From NCBI GenBank assembly GCA_951406725.2, contig OX597820.1, positions 102,114,001 through 102,178,000 on the forward strand: a stretch of 64,000 nt of DNA, read 5' to 3'. This DNA is from Octopus vulgaris (taxonomy: Eukaryota). This document shows, piece after piece, positions 53,729 to 64,000 of this stretch. Made by a program: the position numbers and the translations under genes. Position 1 is the first letter of the stretch. Every line of letters begins with the position of its first letter. The notes under the pieces are model-generated. The model was given only the letters and a program-made list of their open reading frames with translations. It was not told the DNA's origin and made no database searches.

Positions 53729-54040
53729 CAAATGTGAGGATAAAATTCTTTTCGAAAAAAAAAATATTTTCTCGAAAAAAATCTCATCAATGGCCAGCAT
53801 ATTAAATTATACCTTTAACGGTTAAATTTATAAACAATTCATAAATGAGGGCAAAGGAAAAAAATTCTAATGCCAAATATGCCGAAAAATTGGACATATT
53901 GTCCATTAACCATATAATTTTTTCACAATACACACGCTACTCGAAAAAAGGTCGACAGAAATTTCTAAAATTTTCCATTATTACCATATCGGACCAATTT
54001 CAGAGTTAGCTACTAAGAGCCCTCTCTTCGTCAGTGATAC
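53729..54040 (-). mobile_element. Short element with minimal hammerhead at its 5' end (53987-54039)
   Basis: Minus strand TATCA-CTGACGA-AGAG..CTCT-GAAATTGGTC-CGATA; 3' end in (TA)n at 53710-53728. Confidence 0.55.
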
Positions 54041-54336
54041 ATATATATAAAAACTTACTTGGAGGAAATGAAACGAAACGAAATGAATTGAATCGATGCG
54101 AGGGCGCTCAGTCATACAATAGTGTAATAAATAAAATATATGCATACATACATACATATAGTACGTACCTACATCTACATGTATATATACATGCATATAT
54201 AAATATATATACGTGAGTACAGGACACCACAAATAGACGTAGAACTCAACGAGAAACGAAAACGTAAAAACAAACATAAAGCTGGATTCCCTTAAACACT
54301 TTATCCAGAGTGTTATTTATTCTGCCCACTTAGCTC

Positions 54337-54379
<43 letters not shown>

Positions 54380-55249
54380 AATCCTAGTCCAAGGACAAGG
54401 CATGAAATTTTTCAGGTAAGGGTGCTAATCAATTATATTGACCCAAGTTCCAAATTTATTTCATTGACCTTGTAAGGATAAAAGGCAAAGCAGATCTAAT
54501 GATAAGACAGTTTGCTTCTTAAGAAGAAGGAAAATCATCAGAAGGGTTTTGAGTATTTGATGACTTATTGAAATCACATGGATATCACATGAATTTTACT
54601 AGGAATAAAATCAAACTGAAATCAAAAAGATAATTTCTAATAATAATAAGGGTTTCCAATTTTGGCATAAGGCCAGCAGTTCTCGTTGGATGGGGTAAGT
54701 TGATTACATAACCCCAGTGCTAAACTGGTACTTATTTTATTGATCCCTGAAAGGATGAAAGCCAAAGTCGATCTTGGCAGAATTTGAACTCAGAACCTAA
54801 AGACAGACAAAATGCAACAAAGTATTTTGTCTGGCATGCTAACACTTCTGCCAACTCACCACCTTAATGACAATAATAATAATGATGGACTCTCTCATTG
54901 AAGACAACATATGAGTGTTCAGCTTTTATGCTGAACGACTTGCACAAATGATTTCTTTATAGTGATCAATTGTTCGTACTGTACATTAGCTCACTTCCTC
55001 CATCAAATCAATGTTGTCTGAACAGGTTGCACAGTGTACCACACATCAAATGTTGAAGTAACTGAAGAACAACATGACATGAAGAGTTTTGCTCAAGAAC
55101 ATAATGCACCACCAGGTCTAGGAAATGAAATCCCAATCTCCAGATCTTTCTTTAGTAACCAAATTGGTTGACAAAAAGACTGAGGATAGTACCAGACAAT
55201 TCAGTACAAGATTTCATAAAAAAGCAAAAACATGAATAATACTAATAGT

Positions 55250-55628
55250 CTTTTACTCTTTTACTTGTTTCACTCGTTTGACTGTGGCCATGCTGGAGCA
55301 CTGCCTTTAGTTGAGCAAATCGATCCCAGGATTTATTCTTTGTAAGCCTAGTACTTATTCTATCAGTCTCTTTTGCCGAACCGCTAAGTTACAGGGATGT
55401 AAACACACCAACATAGGTGGTCAAGCGATGTTGGGGGGACAAACACAGACACATATATATACATATATATACGATGGGCTTCTTTCAGTTTCCGTCTACC
55501 AAATCCACTCACAAGGCTTTGGTCGGCCTGAGGCTATAGCAGAAGACACTTGCCCAAGGAGCCATGCAGTGGGACTGAACCCGGAACCATGTGGTTGGTA
55601 AGCAAGCTACTTACCACACAGCCACTCC
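55250..55628 (-). mobile_element. SINE family A
   Basis: Reverse complement of 4985-5385. Confidence 0.85.
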
Positions 55629-56916
55629 TTTCTACAAAGAATTTAAAAACCTTGATGAGGGTTTGACTAAAGTGGAATGTATCCTTCATCAGACCTTTCA
55701 GCCTTGCCCACCACACAACCTCTTTTGACATAACTTCACAACTCAACAATGATTGTGCGTAGAATGGTTTCATTGCTATATGTGCAGCTTGGACAGTTCT
55801 GCCTGGCAGTATTTCCATGCTGGTTTGAGATAAACTCTACAAGCACAGAGGCACTGCTAGGTGGGACTGATCAAGATGTGCATAGAGTGGTGAAATTGCT
55901 CTACATGTACTTGTGCAGTGTCCATGTATTGCTGATTTGTGGAATCATGTTAAACTGCAATTACCACATACGGGACTAATCCAACTATTGGCTGAAACCA
56001 TCATAAGGATTGTTCCCCCTTCCACCTTTAATAAGGCAGGGCTGGTGGTGTTCTTCGGTCTTGTGGCAATGACAAAATATGTTTTGTGGTGGACAAAACT
56101 AATAATAATAATAACTATTTTAGTTATTTCTTTTACATTAGAATCATTAGCATGTCGAGCAAAGTTCTTGACAGTATTTCGTCTTTCATTACATTCTGAG
56201 TTCAAATTATGCTGGGGTCAACTTTGCCTTTCATCCTTTAGGGGTTCAATAAAATAAGTACCAGTTGAGTACTGGGGTTGATGTAATCAACTTACCCTCA
56301 CCCTTCAAAATTAAGGCTCCTACTATTATAAAAATGAAAAGACCCACTGAATCATGTAGCTCTTCATATACTACATCTGGGGTGGAAACAACTGCAAAAC
56401 CTTAAATAATTGGTCTGCTCAATCATGGATGAGCAAAAATATAATTATAATGCTTTTTAACAGGCATTATAATCATATTCTTTTTTAGTGGAGGCTTATG
56501 ACATAGTAGTTAGGGTGTTGGACTCCTGACTGAAAAATTGTCTCTTCGATTCCTGAACTGGATGATGTGTTTGTTGTGCTCTTGGATGAAAATCTTTGTT
56601 TCACATTGCTGCAGTCCACCTGTTAAAATGAGTAATCCTGTGACAGACAGTCAGATAGTTTATATACCTTTTCACAAAGTTGTGGCCTTGTTAAAAAACA
56701 TTGTTAATTCAAGATTACAAGGTCAGCAATGTTTTTTTGGGGGATTACATCAATTACATCAACCCCAGTGTTTCACTGGTACTTAACTTATTGACCCTGA
56801 AAGGGTGACAGGCAAAATTGACTGCGGTGGAATTTGAATTCAGAATGTGGTGGCAGACGAAATACCACTAAACATTTTGCCCGGCGTGCTAACAATTCTG
56901 CCAGCTCGCCGCCTTC

Positions 56917-56980
<64 letters not shown>

Positions 56981-57420
56981 GCTCAATACCACAGATTTGC
57001 TTGTCAGTTGTTTGACCTTAACCAGTTGAGCATGTCCCTTAGTGGCTGACAATATGTGCATCTCTGATCACGAGCAGAAGTAGTGGGGAGCATCATAGCC
57101 ATGTGTTGAGAGGGATTCTTTGGGGTTTGAATAATTCACCTCTGGAAACATGGGTGGTTCTTTCAACATCCTTAAACAACCCTTATTCAGGGACCTTTTG
57201 AGCGGGATGGGCTACTCAACCTGAAGAAAATTCTAACTGGGCCCCACCTGCAAGGTCATGTGCTGTTTATCTTGATATGAGATCACCATGTCACGCACAT
57301 ATGGTTGTGATGCATGTGCCTGGTGTACCCTTATCAGACGGGTAGTCATGATGGGTATATTGGGCTTCGTATATTTTACCCCAGTGTCACTTTGATGGCA
57401 TGCACTGCTCTCTCACTCAA
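56981..57420 (+). mobile_element. Family C element, 5'-truncated
   Basis: GCTCAATACCACAG...CTCTCACTCAA; (TAA)n on both sides. Confidence 0.8.
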
Positions 57421-57427
57421 TAATAAC

Positions 57428-57457
<30 letters not shown>

Positions 57458-57461
<4 letters not shown>

Positions 57462-57900
57462 GCCCTGATGCAGTACTGGGCAGTGGCTCTCATGGCTTGA
57501 CCTTGACCATAACCAGTTGAGCATGACCCTTAGTGACTGACGATATGTTCATCTTTGATCACTAGCAGAAGTAGCTGTGGAGCATCATAGCCATGTGTTG
57601 AAAGAAATTCTTTGGGGTTTGAATAATTCACTTCTGGAAACATAGGTGTTGCATTCATTATCTTTAAACAAACTTTATTCAGAAACCTTTTGAGTGGGAT
57701 GGGCTACTTGACCTGAAGAAAATTCTAATTAGGTCCCAACTGCAAGGTCATGTGCTGTTTCTCTTGATATGAGATCACAATGTTACACACATATGGGTGT
57801 GAGGCATGTGCCTGGTGTACCCTTATCAGATAGGTAGTCATGATGAGTATATTAGGCTTCATATACTTGTACCCCAGTGTCACTTTGATGGCATGCTCAA
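57458..57900 (+). mobile_element. Family C element with intact 5' end and internal deletion
   Basis: AAATGCCCTGATGCAG start matches 42699 end; tandem with the previous copy. Confidence 0.75.
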
Positions 57901-57919
57901 TAATAATAATAACAACAAG

Positions 57920-59428
<1,509 letters not shown>

Positions 59429-59652
59429 TGATAATAATAATAATAATAATAATAATAATTCATTTTATTAGTGCAATGAATGAGAGTATTACCCAGTTCA
59501 GATAAAACAGCAAAAACTATGACAATAATGATAATAACAGCTACAGCAACAACAACAATAGTCAAAAGAAAAAGGGAAAAATAAATAATATCTTATAGTT
59601 ATGTGGAATTAAAATTTAAAATAGAATTAGTAGAAATATTCAGAGAACTTAC

Positions 59653-59678
59653 ATGCATGTAACCCAAGTTTGACTCAT
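59653..59678 (-). CDS. Candidate first coding exon of an unidentified host gene (MSQTWVTC + 2 nt)
   Basis: CCAACA-ATG AGT CAA ACT TGG GTT ACA TGC AT|GTAAGT in transposon-free sequence; no homology recognised. Confidence 0.3.
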
Positions 59679-60542
59679 TGTTGGTTTGGAAGAAATTGCA
59701 AGTCCAATTAATTGTATAATTTGTAATTAGTTAGTAGCCAACTTATCTATCAGATTTAATCTTTCTCATTCCTTTTTCAAAGATATCCATTTCATTTACC
59801 AAAAGATTCTTTGATTGTCTTCATCGAAATAATATTGTTTTTTCTTTTTGTATCCACATCCGATATGATGCAGGAAAATATATACATATACCATATATAT
59901 ATTATCTATAATTTTTATTTATATTTATAACTATATATCTCCTTATATATATACATATAAATATATTTGTTTTATGAACATGCATGCATATTTATATATT
60001 TTTGTTTTTGTATGGAATTAATATATTTAGGCTATAATTTTAATTAACAGAAAAAAAAAATATCTTTTAAAATATTTTAATATTTATTTTACTTGCTTAA
60101 ATGTTGTTTTATAATTTTTTTTTGTAACTTGAATTACTTAGCTGAACAGAAAATGCAACAGGAAGAGGTAAAGAACACCCCTCCCATTACTAAAAGGCCC
60201 TTGTTGATTAAATGTTGTTAGCACAGTTTTTGTGATGTTCCGCAGCTCGCTCGCTCACTATCAGCTGTCCGTTCACATATAAACATGGAGAGTAGGAGAC
60301 GGTAATCTGAAATCCATGAAGAGTGACTGATTTATCAGCAAGCCAAGAATTTGGCATTTGTCTATTATATACAAGATAAGATTTTAGCTAATTTGTAATG
60401 TAGCTGTTGTTGTTGTAGTCGGTGTTGTTGTTGTGGTTGTTGTTATTTCCTCTAAGAAATTTCAGAGAAAGTGGTAATGGTCAGTCAGCTCTGTGGCAGT
60501 ACCCACCCATCGATACAGTCACTTCACCTTCACTTCTCTTTG

Positions 60543-60598
<56 letters not shown>

Positions 60599-60602
60599 CA
60601 CC

Positions 60603-60663
<61 letters not shown>

Positions 60664-60670
60664 TTACTAT

Positions 60671-60743
<73 letters not shown>
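60543..60743. repeat. (TAC)n/(CAC)n microsatellite
   Basis: Directly visible. Confidence 0.95.
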
Positions 60744-60744
<1 letters not shown>

Positions 60745-61445
60745 ATGCCGTTGACAGTTGATTTCTTTGAAAAAAGTATAACACTAATAGTAGCGTTGTC
60801 TGTTTATCCCAACACTATTGCGACTATTGTTGTTACTGCTGCTGCAGTAGATGCAGTTCTATTGATGGTTGCGGTTTATTATTGCTGCTACTACTGCTAC
60901 CACTGCAGTCGTTACTGTTGCTGCTCTTGCCACTGCTACTGCAGAAGAAATGAAGTGACATTTTACAACTACACTTCTACAAATATTGTTGAAGTGTAGC
61001 CTCTCATATTGGTTTTTTTTTTGTTTTTCTGGGTTTTTTAAAATATATTTCTTAATATATTTTTAAAATATATTTTTATATATTTTTTTATATATATTTC
61101 TTTATATATTTTTAAAAATATATTTAAATATATATTTTTTTAAATATATTTCCTTAGGTTATAACTCGCTTCCAAAAACAAAGTTAGTGATTTTAAGAGA
61201 TAATATTTAGTATACATACAAGACTTGACTTTTATACTGGTACCACTTGATATCAAGTTATGAATAATCAAATAATCAATGCCATATCAACTTAAAGATG
61301 ATATTATTATGAGAGGACATTCAACTAATAGTTTTCTTGCTATTGCTCTTTCAATCACTTAACATTTAAATAATCCTGCTCACACTTTTTTCTTCATTTC
61401 TTACTTAATTTTTTTTTGTCTGTTATTATCTTTCATCTCTTCTCT

Positions 61446-61880
61446 CTTTTACTCTTTTAGTTGTTTCAGTCATTTGACTGTGGCCATGCTGAAGCACCGT
61501 CTTTAGTCGAGCAAATTGACCCCAGGACTTATTCTTTGTAACCCTAGTACTTACTCTATTGGTCTCATTTGCCGAACTGCTAAGTAACAGGGATGTAAAC
61601 ACACCAGCATCGGTTGTCAAGCGATGTTGGGTGGACAAACACAGGCACAGAAACATATACACACACATACATATATATATATATAGATATACATATATAT
61701 ATATATATATAGATATACATATATATACGAAGGGCTTCTTTCAGTTTCCGTCTACCAAATCCACTCACAAGGCTTTGGTCGGCCCGAGGCTATAGTAGAA
61801 GACACTTGCCCAAGGTGCCACACAATGGGACTGAACCCAGAACCATGTGGCTCGTAAGCAAGCTACTTACCACACAGCCC
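61446..61880 (-). mobile_element. SINE family A
   Basis: Reverse complement of 4985-5385. Confidence 0.85.
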
Positions 61881-62266
61881 TCCTAAGCATCCAATTCTTT
61901 CTTTGTGTTTTTCTAACTGACTTTTTTGTATTTTTTTTTGTTGCATTTTTTGCTAAAATCAACTTTAACACTTAAAAAGAAGAGTTTAATGAAAATTCTC
62001 AACTTTATTCTTTCCTTTCTAACTTCTGCCTCAATTAACAAAGATTGGAATTTGTTCTGAATGCTGATTTGTGATCTTTCTGTCTGACTTTTCACCAGTT
62101 TTCATTCAATGACAGAGAAAACTGGCACCTCTTACAATATATTCTTTATATTTTGGTATAAAATATAGAGAAAAAAAACAACAAAGAACTCCCAAAAACA
62201 TGCCTTTATGTTGTAAAGACTAACTTCAATTAAATGAATTTTTTGTAAGGAGTGATCAAATGTCAT

Positions 62267-62303
<37 letters not shown>

Positions 62304-62529
62304 GATGAGGTAGAAGCAAAAATCAAACATTCAGTCTTTTAAAAAACAATAACAATCACCATCATCATTGTCACCACCAAAACCACCACCACCACCACCA
62401 CCGCCGCCACCGCCAAGTGGATAAACAAAAGAAGGGCACTCAACCAATTTACTGGGAGTTACATGAATCAAACTGGATGATGATAGTGATGATATATTCT
62501 TTTAGTTGAAAAAAAATCAACCTCAGAAA

Positions 62530-62842
62530 ACTTATTCTTTGTAATAAGCCTAATACTTATTCCATGAGTCTCTTTTGTTGAACTGCTCAGTTACAGAGAT
62601 GTAAACACACCAAAATCAGTTGTCAAGCGATGGTGGGGTTGGGAGCCAAACACATATACAAACACACAAATATGTACATATGACAGGCTTCTTTCAGTTT
62701 CCGACTACCAAATCTACTCTCAAGGCTTTGGTTGGCCTGAGGCTATAGTAGAAGACGCTTGTCTACAGTGCCATACAGTGGGACTGAACCCAGAACCATG
62801 TGTTGGGAAGCAAGTTTCTTACTACACAGCCACATCTGCACC
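62530..62842 (-). mobile_element. SINE family A
   Basis: Reverse complement of 4985-5385; further partial copies 63365-63527 and 63890-64000. Confidence 0.8.
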
Positions 62843-62846
62843 ATAT

Positions 62847-62918
<72 letters not shown>

Positions 62919-62939
62919 GTATAAATATATATATATATA

Positions 62940-63200
62940 CTGTTGTGTCTGGGGAAAGTCATTCTCTTTTAGTACCTTATTATTTAACACACTCTTGAAA
63001 AGAGTCAAGACTATTGAAAAGGTTGCAAGACGCAACGAAAAAATTTTAGAAAATAAAAATAAGAAATAAGTGGAAATTTTACCGTGAGTGTGTTAAATAA
63101 TAAGGCACTAAAAGAGAACGACTCTCCCCAGACACAACAGAATATGCTTCAACACATGAACTCATATAAAGAATCTTGCAAACCAAATCCCAAAACGAAA
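62940..63200. repeat. Inverted-repeat element (55-bp arms 62940-62994 / 63086-63140) with hammerhead-like core between the arms
   Basis: CTGTTGTGTCTGGGG...ACACTC / GAGTGTG...CCCCAGACACAACAG; same family as 10703-10920; in (TA)n. Confidence 0.7.
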
Positions 63201-63234
63201 TATATATATATATGATGCAGATGTGGCTGTGTAG

Positions 63235-63276
<42 letters not shown>

Positions 63277-64000
63277 GCTATGTTGTATATATATATATAT
63301 ATATATATATACTGATGATACACGCACACACACACACACAAACACACACACAAACAAACTCACATGACAGGCTTCTTTCAGTTTTTATCAGCCAAATCCA
63401 CTTCCAAGTGGTTGGTCAGCCTTGGAACTCTAGGGGAAGACACTTGCCCTAGATGTCCTGGAGTGGAACCAAACCTGGAACACAGTGATTGGAAAGCAAA
63501 CTTCTTATCCTCACAATGCCGCCTGCACAAACTATAACACCTAATACAAAACGAAAATGAATGAATCATTAAGTTTGTATTCAATGGAAAATGAAAGACA
63601 AAGCTGGAATGTTGTAAGAATTCTTCATCATCACTAACTAAAGTGTCATGATGGCTGTAATTGTTGAAACTGGTTGACTGATCAAATGACCACAAATTGA
63701 AACCTAACAGCAGGCATTGTGTTTGTGAATAGCTTAAGACAAATGCGACAAATTACTCTGCTGTGTCAATCTGTTTGTCTGCCTGCCTGCCTGCTTGCCT
63801 GCCTGCTTGCCTGCCTGTATGTCTGCCTGCCTGCTTGTCCGCCTGATGGTCTGACAGATTGAGTATCTGCATGTCTCACTCTTACTCTATTTTACTCTTT
63901 TACTTGTTTCAGTCATTTGACTGTGGCCATGCTGGAGCACCGCCTTTAGTCGAGCAACTCGACCCCAGGACTTATTCATTGTAAGCCTAGTACTTATACT

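Overview
AT-rich, microsatellite-dense eukaryotic DNA. The SINE, LINE and microsatellite landscape closely resembles Octopus (cephalopod) genomes; this is recognition, not a database result. The only long intact ORF is a 1055-aa RTE-clade LINE (19028-22195, minus strand) with an APE endonuclease, an RT, and a PHD-type zinc finger inserted inside the RT. The rest is several tRNA-derived SINE families, 5'-truncated RTE tails, and CR1, R4/Dong, Penelope, mariner/Tc1, Helitron, hAT and piggyBac remnants. Main leads: (1) up to four distinct short elements sitting in (TA)n tracts that carry minimal, dimer-type hammerhead ribozymes, one an intact U3-A8 covariant core; (2) a strong candidate recursive splice site (CAG|GTGAGT plus a 54-nt cryptic exon) at about 40.3 kb on the minus strand, with a candidate first coding exon at about 59.65 kb, suggesting the window is mostly one very long intron; (3) unusual RTE architecture (exact 96-bp 5' repeat, tandem hairpin/pseudoknot 3' UTR, tail-to-tail inverted partner); (4) a non-coding element found only in (TAA)n tracts, one copy next to an R4/Dong 3' end. 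Most short ORFs in the track are microsatellite or SINE artefacts. Repeat boundaries were read by eye and are approximate.
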